Assembly (NCBI GenBank): GCA_050273025.1
Contig: CP158636.1
Span: 6,262,001-6,326,000, forward strand
DNA from: Cenococcum geophilum
Lineage: Eukaryota
Length of the DNA stretch: 64,000 nucleotides
Direction of reading: 5' to 3'
Under the pieces are notes generated by a model. It had not been told where the DNA came from, did not search any database, and saw only the letters and a program-made list of their open reading frames with translations. This document shows positions 36,701 to 50,021 of this stretch, in pieces (the first letter of the stretch is position 1; the number at the start of each line of letters is the position of its first letter). Both the position numbers and the translations under genes were made by a program.

Positions 36701-39700
36701 TAATAATTAGTCTAAGGTATTTTACTTCTGTGACTAAGAATTCGCATTTCTTTAAATTAATATAAAGTCCTATATCCCTAAGGCGCTATAGGACCTTTTA
36801 AATGTGTTTAGTATACTTAGAGGGGTTATTACTATAAATAAGTATATTGTCTAGGTACGCAGAGCAGAAGTCATTAAGGTAGTCCCGTAAGGCGTTATTA
36901 ATATAGCTTTAAAAGGTGCCTGGGCTATTATATACACTGAAGGGTATAATAGTATATTTAAATTGGCCGAAGCGCAATATAAATGCGGTTTTCTATTTAT
37001 TACCTTTCCGTATTTAAAGATAATTAAAGGCGGCGATAATATTAAGCTTAGTATAGATTTTGGCTTAACTAAGCCGCTTAAAGGTCTTACGTATAAGCGG
37101 TACTGGGTATTAGTTTTTAATCGTAATAGCGTTAAGTCCTCTATAGTTAACGTAGAATCGGATACCTCCTTCTAGCTTCTTGGTAAGAAGGATGGGGGCG
37201 GCTACTAGTAATATACTGGGACAAATAAATCCTTTATTGAGGTGCTTATTGATATACTTTTTTATAACTAGAAGTTTATCTTTTAATATTAGGTAGGGTC
37301 TCTTATAAGGTAGCATTTTTCCTTATTTAATATTAATGGTATAGTTATTAGGTTAATATGGGGGGAGTATATCTGCGCTCTTTTATAAGTATATGTTGGT
37401 AAAGTTATAGTACCTCTTAGGGAGGAGCTTGCGGAGTTCTTTGTTAGTAAGTCCTTTTTTAAGCTTTATAAACTTCTTAAAGTCTAAAGGTAAAAGTCCG
37501 TAGAGTTCCGTAGGGGCGTTATCTTCTAGAAGGTCGACTATATCTATTCTGTTACTATAGAGGACGTAGTCCTGTTCTTTATTAAGCTTATATAGTTGTA
37601 ATTAGGAAGCTATAGTAACGGTTTAGCCTTTTTTATATGCTATGCGGTAGAAGGCCAGGGCGCTTATATAGTGGCAGTTAGTTATAAGTAGGGTAATAAG
37701 AGGTTCCTTAGGTTAATATCCTGGGGAGTAAATAGAGGCGGCTAGGCTATGCCTTAGGTAAGTCTCTCTGTAGTATTTAGAGTTAAAGGTTACTTTTCTC
37801 TTCTTCCAGTTAATGGCGGGGTTGTATTATTTAAGCTAGTTTATTTTAAGGATAATAGGGTAGTTAGTAAGTGGTATAATATAGGCCTAGAGTTCTTCCT
37901 AGTGCCTATTTATGTCTAGGTGGAGTTGTGCTATATAGGTAATTTTTTATGTGGTATAATTACTGTTAGCGAGTTATAGGGCGCGGGCTTTAGTAAGGGG
38001 TAAGGTAGGTAGGTTATAAGTACACATAAATTAGGTATCTATAAATTTATTAATAGCTTCGCAATTAATTATAGAACGGCTTTTATATTGTTTTTTAGCA
38101 GTAGTTCCTATTATAGGTAAAACTATCTATTTTCGTCTATTTATCTTTATAGAGTTATCTATTAAGTAAGCCAATATATAGATCCCTCTATTATTAGGGT
38201 GTCCTAACCTGCGACTTAGGGCTAGGACTTAGCGTTTTCCGCTTCTATATCCGACTCTACCGCTATTACTACGTCTTTGTCTTATATGGTAGTGGTATAT
38301 AGTAATATATTTGGTGTTTAGGGTATTAGGTTAAGTATTAGGCGGCGGCTACTAAACCTAGCTATTAGGCAGTTTAGGTTATTGCGATAATAGCCTTCTT
38401 AATAGCATTTATAGCAGCGTCCTAGTTTCTAGAGTAGCTTACGCTCTCCATCTAGGAGTTTTTATAGGAAGGTTGGTATAGAGAAATTGATATTAGTTCC
38501 GGTAGTACTTAAGGTAGTAGGCGTTAGTAGCTTAGTATATATAGGTTTAATAGGCCCGGAGGGCTTTTATAAAGAGGTCTGTAGGTAAAGGTTAGCAGTA
38601 GTAATCTAATTTAGTTATTGTTTGTGTATAATTACAGCACCTACTATACTAACCGCGTGCTTACGCGGTTCGATACACCAAGTACGCGTTTACGCGTTTG
38701 GTTCGCTTACGCGTCTAGTGCACTCCTGAAACACTAGCTTAGGGGGGAGGTGCGTTAGTATATAGACCACGTAGCCCACCTTAATAGAATTAACAGTCAC
38801 CACCGTCTAAATAAGCATACGATACTATACGTATTTCGTGCCCCTAGACACAACTTACTTATACCATTAAATTAGTACCGATACTGATTAGTAAGCGCGC
38901 ATAGATCAGGAGATACGCACTTGCTTGGAAGATATCTAACGCTCCACCTTATAAGCCCCTATTTCAGTTAAAGAGAATTAAAGTACTCTAGATTTGGAAG
39001 ACGTCTAACACTCTACCTTACCTAGAATTACCTTAAATCTACCCTGGTTTTAGAAGACATTTACGCTCCACCTTAATTAGAGATATTAACTACTGTACCA
39101 GTAGTTAACGCGACTACGTTAAGAATATAATCACACCAAGAACGCAACTACTACACCCTACTAAAATACCCCAGCCTCCTCTCTAACCCCTTACCCTTTT
39201 ACGAACCGTTACGGACCCATTAATTACTTTTACGGACCGTTATAGAGACCTTTTACCCTCCTACGAACCACTACAGACCTATTAAGACCTTACGGAGACC
39301 CCCTTACCCTTCTACGAACCGTTACGGGCCCGTTAACCGATTTTACGGACCCTTACAAGACCTCTTCCACCCGCTACGCACTATACTACACTGTACAGTA
39401 TGGCAGATATTAGCAAGCAGGTTAATAAAGGTCAAAAGAAGTAAAGATAAGGAGTCGACGTTACGTCTATAGATAACGTCAACAACTATATTAAATTTAA
39501 AATCCTTAAGTACGAATACTTTAAGCTTATAAACATCAACCTATAGGAGCAATACTAGGAAGACTTTGCGGACTTTACAGAAGCTATCTTTAAGGAATAT
39601 AACCCCACTACTATCCGTAACCTACGGACCCTTTTATATAACCAAGGCGTATAGGTTAAAAGAAATAAACGGGTTACTATTGCACGGTTCTTATATAATA

Positions 39701-42700
39701 TAATATATAAGGAGGACCGAACGGAATAGACTAAGGAAGAAATCCTAGACGAGTATAACACTACTAAGGAACTCTTTGCTTCTTCCAAACTTAATGTAAT
39801 CGCTAGCCTTATACCTAACCCTCTTAACCAAATTCGTCCTATAAACCCAAGCAGTTTCGGAATTAATCTTACTAGCTAAAGTACACCTAGTACTTATGTT
39901 ACGGACCGTAATACCCCCATAACCCAAATTATGGACCATAATACCCCCGCGAACTAAAATACGGACCAAACCCCTCCCATTATTTAAACTACAGATCCGC
40001 AACCTATATATCCGCAACCCATAAATCCACAAGCTATAGACCCGCAAACTACCTAAGTAAAGACCTATAGCAAGGAGCTAGCTAACCTAGCTAAGCTCTA
40101 CACCAACGAATCTAAGTATAGCGGTAAAAACAATAACTTTAACTTCAAACTGACTATCTTTACGGACCTCTATTAGAAGGCCGATATTCCTAAACAGGAG
40201 TTTAGCTAAGCCTACTCTACCATACTGCGCGGCCTAGTACTTAACCACTACTACACTAACCTCAAGAGTAACCCCCTTAGTGTTCCCTTTAATAAGCTAT
40301 ACAAAGCTATATATAACTACTTTAAAGGACCGGAATATAGGCGTGATATCCTTACCTAATAGAATGCGACCAAGTTACGGACCGTAATGGACAAGAATAC
40401 TAAAAAATCAACCATAGAGTACCTATAAATCCTTATTAAAGACCTCCGCCACCTATAGCACAGTCTTAATATTAAGCTTTAAACGGATAACTTCTTATAT
40501 AATAAACTAATTACGGCCTACTAGGAAATAGAACCCTACAAATACGCCTATTATAAGCCCGCAGACACTATAGCTGGCCTTATTAACAATTTACGGTCCT
40601 TTATTATAATATATAAAGCCTTAAACCCGCTAGGCAGTACTTAAGCTTTTATTACAGACCTGCAAAATCCACAACCTAATTCAGATGCCTACTTTACGGA
40701 CCGCCGATACCGCTAGTAGTATCCGCATCAACCAGGTTCTACCCGCAACCTCCGCAGCAACTCCTATACGAAAGCATACCCCCACAGACAAACCAGTTAG
40801 AAGTGCTTTGTATACGGTAAGGAAGAATATTAGTTTATAAGGTATACCTAGGAAGAACATAATAAGTCTAGGAAGAGACTTAATAACCAGATTAACTAGT
40901 TTATTTTAGAATACAAAGGAGAGAAAGTAGAGGAGCCCCCTAACAAGTTAATAGAAGCCCTTATAATTAACTTTAACTTAAACACTTAGGAACAGGAGAC
41001 CTCAAAGACATTTCTAACTACTTTTAGACCTTTTACAGACAGTTAAGCCTTTAATACTATAACCATATTAGCCGACCGCTCCTTTATACACTTAATTACA
41101 CCTAAAAACTGGCCCGTAAGTACACCCGTTAAACCCGTTACGGACGTTACGGACCGCAAATAGGACCCATTTGCATATATTACTATAGAACGCTATACCC
41201 CTAAAGAATTCTATAGCGTTATAATTAATATAGGTGCCTCTAAGAAGTCTACTATAGGTTACGGACAATACCTTATATATAAGACTACTGTAAATAATAA
41301 TACGGACATTAACACTATGTAAGCTAAGGCCGTAAACGTCCAATTTGGCATTAGTTTAACCGCATCAATTAAATTAGTTATAGTTAAGACCCTAATTGGC
41401 CTAGTTAACTTCCACATAGTAAAAGCGGACACCCCTTTTCTACTCTGTCTTGCAGATATAGATAGGTTATAGGTCTACTATAATAATATTACGGACACCT
41501 TAACTAGCCCCGCAACTGCCCCAGAAAGCAAGCATATTACCCTACCAATTACACAATAATTTGGACACCCGTTCCTTATATAGGGAGAGACTTTACAGAC
41601 CTACATTTAGGAATCTTTTAACTACAACCCGTACTACCTTACCAGTACTAAAATCCACCGTTTGCACCGCCGTTTCGGCCACCCATTAGCCGAAAAGCTA
41701 TATAGAGTTCTTAAACGCTCTAGATATAACAACGTTAATAGGAAGGCAATCGACCACCTGACCAAATACTGCTCTTTTTGCCAGAAATACGGACGTTCCC
41801 CAGGCAGATTTAAGTTCACCCTTTATAAGGACCTTAACTTCAACTACTTAGTGTACGTGGATATTATGTATATTAACGGCAGTCTAGTATTATATATAGT
41901 TAACGAGGCAACCCGCTATTAAGCCGCCCGTTGGTTGTAAAATATATCCACAAAATATACTTAGGACATTTTACGGACCTACTAGATTAACATATACCTT
42001 AGACCCCCTAAGTATATCACCCACGACGCTAGTAGGAACTTCATTAGTAAGGAATTCCAATAGTACGCTACGGCCATAGCTATTTCAACAAAAGCCGTTC
42101 CAGTTAAGGCGCACTAGTCCGTTAGACTTATTAAGTAAGCTTACCTAGCTTTATAGAGAGCTTATTAGATTATTACGGACGAGTATAAGGACATCTAAAA
42201 GGAACTGGCTTTATAGATAGCCGTAAAAGCTATTAACAACACCGCTAGCCCTAACGGACTAGTACCTACCCTCTTGGTTTACGGAGCCTACCCAAGGATA
42301 AGCAACCTAGGCCCCCCTACCCCGTCTATTACGGAACAAGCAGCTACAATACAGAAGGCAATAGCCAAAATAGTCAAATTACAGGCTAAACAAACTATCA
42401 ATAACGCCCTACACTACCGCAACGGACCTAATACGACCCTAGTACACAACCTCCCGCTTAACTCTAAAGTCCTTATATAGCGTAAAAGCGGCAATTAGAC
42501 TGGACCTTACCGTCTACTAGCCGTAGAAGACGAGACCTACTATATATAGCTCCCTAGCGGACCAATAAGCTTCAGAAGCACGTCCGTAAAACCCTATTTT
42601 CGGTCTAAAAACATCTATAACGTCAAGCTAGACAAACTAGAAGCACCCACCGAATTAGATAAACTAGAAGCACCCTTACCTACCCTAGAGGTCTTCTAGA

Positions 42701-45700
42701 AACCCAATAAACCTATAGAACCTGCTATAAAGCGTGGCCGAGGACGCCCCCGCAAGAACCCCGTAATGGAGAATTACTTAACCTCCGCAGGCACATCCGC
42801 AAAGCAATCTCCGCCTGCGGATATATTAGTTCTAGTATAGGAAACCCCTTTTATAGACTCACAACGCAAAGAGATTAACGAACTACTTAAGAAGGGCGTC
42901 TTTGCGGTTGTAACGGAGAGAGACGTTCCGCAAGGCGTCCGTATATTTAACTCGCGCTTTATTAACAAAATTAAGCACCCTAGTACTAACAAAGCCTTCG
43001 AAAAGTCAAGGCTCGTTATATAAGCTTATAACGACTAGGGAAAGAACCTCGTCCTTACGCAATCGCCTATAATTTAATGGGTTAGTTAACGGATTATACT
43101 TGCGCTTACGCCGGGACTACAGCAAACTAAACCCGTAGCCCTCTACTTACGGGACATCTTGCAAGCCTATATGCAGTCCAACACCTACCTAAGTAGGGAC
43201 ATCTTTATACGGCCACCGCTTAAGCTTAATCTACAACTAGGAACAATTTTATAGGTCGTAAAACCACTTTATAAAGTGCTAGAAGCTAAAAACCACTAGT
43301 TTAAGACATATTACTAGCACTACGTTAGTAAACTTAAGATGGAGCAGTCGACCTATAACCCTTACCTCCTACATACCCTATTAAACGGCCTTGGTATCGT
43401 TAGACTCTAAATAAACGATACCCTCTTTTTAGTAGACCAAACTTTTGCGGACGCGGAAGAGACCGAACTATAAAAGGCTAAGTTCCTAGCAAAGCCACGG
43501 GAGTAGTTAACTAAGTAGACTCCAATTAAGTTTAACGGAGGCTTAATTATACAAAAGGGTAACTTAATCTAGCTAACTTAGGAACGCTAAGCTTAAAACC
43601 TAAAGCCTATTACGGCAAAGCCTATAGACCTTACTAGTTCCCGCGGAGAGACCTATAAAACCGTAAATATAAAGGACTAATACGCTGTATAGCGTGCAAG
43701 AGGTGCCTATATTGCCACAGTCTGTCAACCTAAATCTGTCTACAACTTATCCTTTACAGCCTAGGCAGTAGATCCACAAGAAGAAAATATTAAGTAGCTT
43801 AATAAGCGCATTTAATGGCAGATTAATAACGCGATAAGAGGACTTACTTTTGTACCGCTAGACCTAAATTTTATTAGCGTAATAGTATTTACGGACGCCT
43901 CCTTCGCCAATAATAGGGACCTGTTATCGCAAATCGGCTTTATAATTGTACTTACGGACCATAATTAAGACGCAAATATACTATATTAGTCTTTAATTAA
44001 ATGCAAGCGAGTAACCCGCAGTATACTAGCTTCTAAACTATATGCACTAGCCCATGGCTTTAATATAGCAGCCGTAATCAAATTAACGATCTAGAAGATC
44101 CTATAACTGGAGCAGCTACCCTTGGTTTTATGCACTAATTTAAAGTCCCTCTACAACTGCCTAGTTAAACTAGGTACGATATAAGAGAAGAGGCTTATAG
44201 TCGACCTAATGTGCCTATATTAAGCCTACAAACGACGCGAGATTACGGAGGTTAAATGGATTAGCAGCGGAGACAACCTAGTAGACGCTATAACGAAGGT
44301 AAAGCCGTATTAAGCTCTTAAAACCCTAATTAACACAAATAAGCTTAACCTAAAGGTTATAGAATGGGTAGAGCGAGACTAATGGAGCATTTATGGTTCA
44401 GTTACGGCCCGTTCGGAAGGCCGTATGGTATATTTACGGCCCGTTAAAGGGCGTATAGTTTATTTTACGGACCGTAAGTAGGACTTACGGCTAGCTTAAA
44501 GCACCGTTTGGAAGGCAACCCAAAAGGTACCTCGGGAGGGATTTCCTATGTATTTTCTTACGTCTTTTATAGTTCTATTGAGGCAATTACGGAGGCTATA
44601 CGCAAGTGGTTCCATTTTCCAAGTACCGCCAGTGTATAATTACAGCACCTGCTGTACTAACCGCGTGCTTACGCGGTTCGATACACCAAGTACGCGTTTA
44701 CGCGTTCGGTTTGCTTACGCGTCTAGTGCACTCCTGAAATACTAGCTTAGGGGGGAGGTGCGTTAGTATATAGACCACGTAGCCTACCTTAATAGAATCG
44801 ACAGTCACCACCGTCTAAATAAGCATACGATACTATACGTATTTCGTGCCCCTAGACACGACTCACTTATACCATTAAATTGGTACCGACAGTTTGATTT
44901 TCTGTAGAGCTGCTACTATATTATAAACATTGTTATAGTTATAGCTAGCGGCTACATAACTAAGGTAATAAGTAACTTTTTTAAGGAGGTCTTTTTAGTC
45001 TTTAGTATTATCTTAGGTAAGGGCTCTAGTGTATTCCTGGAATTTAATATAGAATTTATTAAATAATTTAGTAGGGCTTATCTTTAGGGCACGTAGTTTA
45101 GCTTAGTTAGTGGCTAGTAGGTTATAGTCGCGGTATATTAGGTTAAGATCGTTAAGGACTTTTTAGTAGGACTGCCATTTCTAGGGGCTACTAGTCTCCT
45201 ATTAGGCGAAGAGTCTGTTAAATAGTATACCTTTTATTTACCTAATAATATAGCCGATCTTAATATCTTCTATAGGAAAAAGGTAGGCGCTCTAAGTTAG
45301 TTTCTTATAGATTTACATCTTTTAGTGGCTATATTCCTTGCGGGTTTTCTAAAAGACTAGGGGATTAGGGTAGCGTGTATTAGACCTTATAGTGGCAGTT
45401 TAGGTCTAATTATTGTAGCTTTTATTATTACTGCTTTAGTAAGGGTTCCTATTAGGTAAAGCTGCTTAGCGCTAGCCCTCTATTAAGCGTTAAGTAGGTG
45501 AAGTTGCTAGGGGCGTAGAGACTTGGGTGGCGTTATATATAGTAAAGAGGTATTTAGCGTTATTACAAATGTGCTTATTAAGCTGAGATTATAGGTATTT
45601 AATTGTGCCTTCTCTTTTAGTAACTGTAGCAATTAGTGTAATCTTAGCCTTCTTTAACTATTGGACGTTGCGTTTAGATACATAGAGGTTATCTTTAGTT

Positions 45701-46411
45701 TCTTAATATATGTTATTAGTAAGCGCCTCACGAGCTTATAGGTCTTGGATAATATCGCGATCTTAGATAGTATGCATCTCAGCTCATGTAAGCTTTAGGT
45801 AGTAGTTCTATAGAAGGCGGTAGTATTTATTAGGGTCTTATACTACTATTTTTATAAACGTCTCGGCGTCTTATATTTTAATTTTAATAGGTAATAGCCC
45901 TTCCCTTTGCTTGTCCGTAGTTATATAGTTAATAAAAGATAAGATATTATTGGTGTCCGTCTCCTTAGGGGTTAAGGCTAGGGCTAATAAATCGAATTCT
46001 CCTGGGATTAATTGGCGTCGTAGGTTAAGTATAGGTATTAGATTATTCTTTGGGTTTAATATAGTAGCTAGTAAGGGATATTGTCTTACTATTATAGGTT
46101 CCTTAGAAGTATAAAGTAAGGTAATTTATAGACATGCTGCTTCTAGCAGCGCCTGCAGTATTATAGAGACGTAGAATTGGTTATAGGCTGAGCGTCGGTG
46201 GTAAAAAAGGCGTAACGTAATGTTATGGGACGGGGGCAGTGGCTACAAAGCGTATGTATTCGAGGAGTCTACAAGACGTTGCGCGATCGATCGTAAGGGT
46301 CGAGGGCGTAAGGAGGTGATATACCTACGCGTAGCTGACATAAGCTGTACGCGAGGTGTACGCGAGAGCACGGGGCTCTCCTATAGGCCCCTGCGGTGGG
46401 GTTCCGTGACA
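33781..46411 (-). mobile_element. Full-length Gypsy/chromovirus D (LTRs 33781-33971 and 46221-46411), inserted in the 3' LTR of A1 and split by Copia F
   Basis: 191-bp direct repeats; TSD gctaa; PPT aagagggggggtag on the minus strand; RT (AAPILL.KK.EGGIRF.V.YRGLNAITIKN ~37110-37205, YLD motif ~36849-36857); chromodomain ~34330-34495; zinc knuckle ~38370-38420. Confidence 0.95.
38625..44891 (+). mobile_element. Full-length Ty1/Copia F (6267 bp; LTRs 38625-38883 and 44633-44891), RIP-inactivated
   Basis: 259-bp direct repeats; TSD gtttg. Domain order is gag (CFVCGKExCWSxxH ~40804) - protease (IDTGA ~41224) - LHRRFGHP pre-integrase (41662) - integrase - RT (KSRLV, RDISQAY, QTDD) - RNase H (FTDASFA, ~43887). 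Confidence 0.96.
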
Positions 46412-48117
46412 GCTAATAATATATACCCTTTTTTCCCGTTTTCTTATCTTCTTTTTTTATATAACATTTTGACCTTATTATACAGTTTTTATATATAGCT
46501 TAATAATATCTACCTTACTATATATTATTGTCACTTATACTTACTCCGTAACACTTATAGGGAGATTAATAACAAAGTTAATTAAGATATCCCTCTATGT
46601 TTAGTCTAAGATAGGCAGTAGCTTTAAAAGACCGTTATATATCTTATATAAAGCTTTAGCTTATTAGTAGATATAGTAATTAAAGACGTACCTTCGCGTT
46701 ATATTATATATATTTAGCTAATAGTATTCTTATTAAAGTAGTTTTAGGGTTTTTTCTTAGCTTAGGTAGCTAGCTACTAGTAAGTTATATATATATTTAA
46801 GGAGCTTAAGCTTAAGTTTATTATAGTTAGGTATAACTAGATAGTTTTAGTAGTATAAGCGATCTCTATAGGCTTTATATTTACTTAGGAATTTTTTTTA
46901 AAGCGTTTAATACTATTTTATATTAGCTTAAGCGTCTCTTAAATATACTTATTATTTAGATATTTATTAACTATAATTTAATTAATTAATTAATTAATTA
47001 GTTATTTTAAGGACGTATATAATAAGATCTTTAGTAAGTAGGTTAAATAGTTTAGGATAAAGTAGGGTTTAATTTTAATAAAAGCGTGCTTTTTTTTATA
47101 TAGTTCTAGCACGTCCTATAAGTATTAGGCTTTTAGCTTTAAATACCTAAGTAGTATATAATTAAGAATTAAAAATAAGATATATATTTTAATTAATAGG
47201 CCTAATAATAGCTTAGCTGTTTTATAGTTATAAAGTACTATAGATTTTTATAATTACTAAAAACCTTAATTAGAAATCTAGCGCCTTCTAGTTTAGGTTA
47301 CTATTATTTAAAATATCTAATAATAGCTAGCAATTCCTTATTATAGATTTTATAGTTTATATTTAGCTAGGCTTAGTTATTTTAAGAAGTATACTATAGG
47401 GCATAATACTCTATTTTTATTATATTAAGACAAAATACCTCTAATAATATAGTTAGATAAATTAGCTTCTATAATACTTATTTAGTTTAGGTTAAATATT
47501 AATATATAGGCGTAGTAGTAAATATAACCTTTAAATAAATAACGGCCTTTTTTATATTCCTTATTAAAGATAAAGGCTTTATTCTTTTAGATTAGAGCTA
47601 TAAGGGGTAAAACTAGGGCGAAGAAGATATTAATAAACTATTAATAAAAATTAGTAAACCCTATAAAGACTTTTACGTCTTTAATATTCTTAGGTTCTTA
47701 TTAGTTTATAATTACTTTAACTTTCTTTAGGTCTATTTATATACTATTTATAAAAATAAAAAGTCTAAGGTATAGAACTTCTATTTTATAAAATTTATAT
47801 TTATTTATATTTAATTATAGGCTAGCTCCTTATAGGGCTTATAAAATAAAATAAATATATTTCCGGTATTTAGTTAGGTTATTACTATATATTAAAATAT
47901 TATTAATATAAGTAATATAGAAGATATCTAAGTAGGAATATAGGGTATTATTTATATAATACTAAAATAAGCTTAGGGTATTTATAAGGCTAAATAGTAT
48001 TATAAAGTACTTAAATAATCTATACTAAGTACGGAATATAGTAAGCTATTTATCTCCTTTAGTAATATAAAGGCGGTTAAATATAGAGATAATATTAAGC
48101 TTTATATAATAGTAAGC

Positions 48118-48561
48118 TATAACGTGGCCCGCCTCCACGTCGCTATACGGCTAAAAAGACTAAGAGTGCTTGCGAACTTGTTGTAAGCGCGGCGGGACCT
48201 AATATATATACTCTTATAATTGCCCTCTCCTCTACGCGCTCGTCCCCGAGCGCTCGCAGGGATTCCTCTATACGCCCATTCCGGGCCACAGGGATTAAAC
48301 GCCAAGAGTATCACTATATTAGTTAGTCCCTAGTAACGTAAGCAATCGGACTTAGCTAACCTGCCTCATTGCACGGATGCGTATTAGACTATACTAGAGC
48401 GAAGTGACTGATAGGGATCAAACCTACGACACCTGGCCCTAGTAAGTTCGTAAGCACAATTGTAACGTGGCCCGCCTCCACGTCGCCATACGGCTAAAAA
48501 GACTAAGAGTGCTTGCGAACTTGTTGTAAGCGCGGCGGGACCTAATATATATACTCTTACA
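48118..48561 (-). mobile_element. TRIM (terminal-repeat retrotransposon in miniature), 444 bp: 101-bp LTRs (48118-48218, 48461-48561) and 242-bp interior
   Basis: Near-identical direct repeats tgtaa...ttaca; TSD taagc; minus-strand PPT gaggagagggcaat. Confidence 0.93.
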
Positions 48562-50021
48562 TAAGCCTTACTTAGTTAGTTTAGCGTCTCTTATATTAAT
48601 AGAATTAGATATTAATTTTTAATAGTAATAGCGTTAAAAGTTTAGCAGTCTATATAGAAGGATAAACCGCTACTAGATTTCTTAATAAAGATTACTAGTA
48701 TATCTATAGGCGGAAAGCTTACTTTAATAAATTCTTTACTTAGGTTCTTATCTAGATACTTTTATAGTACTTAAAGTTTATTTTAGGATATCCTATATAG
48801 AGGTCTAAATCTAGGCTACTTTCCTTCTTTAAGTATAATCTTATAGTTATATAATTAGTATTCTAGTAGCTTATTAGCTTCCTTTTATAAGAATATATTT
48901 AGGCGTTTATAATACTTTACTAGTACCTTTATAGCAGGGTTAGTATACTTTTTTAGTACCAAGGCTTTCTTAATATTAGCTATTATAACAGTAAAGATTA
49001 TATATTAAAGTCTCTTAATAAGTTAAGCTAGTAGGGTAGCTCTAATTATATAGATATCTAGGGTATTAAGCTTATTTAGGTTATCTCTAGTTTCTTATAT
49101 AGTTTCTTATTTAGCTTTAGGTTTAGGTTCTTTAAGTATTCTTTTTATAGTAGAATACTAGTTCTTCTAGTACTTTTATATATTAAGCTTAAGCTTATAC
49201 TTAGTTTAGGACGGTATAGTAATTAGAATTAGTTTATATAATTTAGTATAATTTTTAAGTCCTAGTAGACATTAGCGGGAGTCTTATACTAGTAGAATTT
49301 AGTAAAATTCCTAAGTTAGTAGAATTAAGTAAATTTCTTAAGTATAGGGTTAATAGTTATAGAAATTTTAAACTAGTAAATCCTGGTAAATTTTTTAGGT
49401 TCTAATTTAGAGTTTAAATAGTAAGTTATAAAGCACTTCCGCTTATAATAGGAGGCGGTAAATAGAAGCTTAAGGTTATTCTAATTAATAGTTATCATAT
49501 ATAGCTTTATCTAAGATTATTTAAGAATTACTAGGTAACCTAGAGTAGTTATAAAGAGCTTAATTAATTATTTATAGTTTAGGTATTAGAGTTTTAGGGC
49601 CGCTATATAAGTAATACAGCCTAAAATAGTGCGTTTGCCATTAAATCTAAATACGTTAATATAGTAGTTAAGGAGTATTAGGGTAAAACTATTATCTTAT
49701 ATAAAGATCTTATTAATAAATCCTATACTACTAGCTCTTATATTAATTAGGACTTAAGTATTAGCCTATTAACCTTTCTATTAAAGATAGTAGTTAATAG
49801 TTATACTATAATCATAAAAGTTAGGGTCTATAATATAGCTATTCTAAAAAGTAACTTAACTCTAGAATATACCTTTTAGCAATAAGTAGGAAGGGGTTTT
49901 TATAAAACGTTAATTATAGCTTTATTCTTATAAGTAGTGCTTATTAAATATAGGGCTAAAACTAAATAAGAATTAAGGATAGTAACTAAAAGATTAATAT
50001 GGTAAATGGCCGCTAGTATTA

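Larger units (their letters stand above)
3266..46553 (+). mobile_element. Gypsy/chromovirus A1, 5'-truncated host element split by nested insertions (own sequence approx. 3266-5519, 16006-16842, 31792-33780, 46412-46553)
   Basis: Each piece is collinear with copy A3 (56405-60712): protease, RT, RNase H, integrase, chromodomain, PPT aaaaggggggtac. The 3' LTR starts at 33569 and ends ctccgtaaca at 46553. The reading resumes exactly across each TSD. Confidence 0.85.

Noticed and set aside
48118..48561. CRISPR-like or tandem repeat array
   Set aside because: Only two 101-bp repeats with TG...CA ends, PPT and TSD, which is a TRIM. The context is eukaryotic and no cas genes are present.
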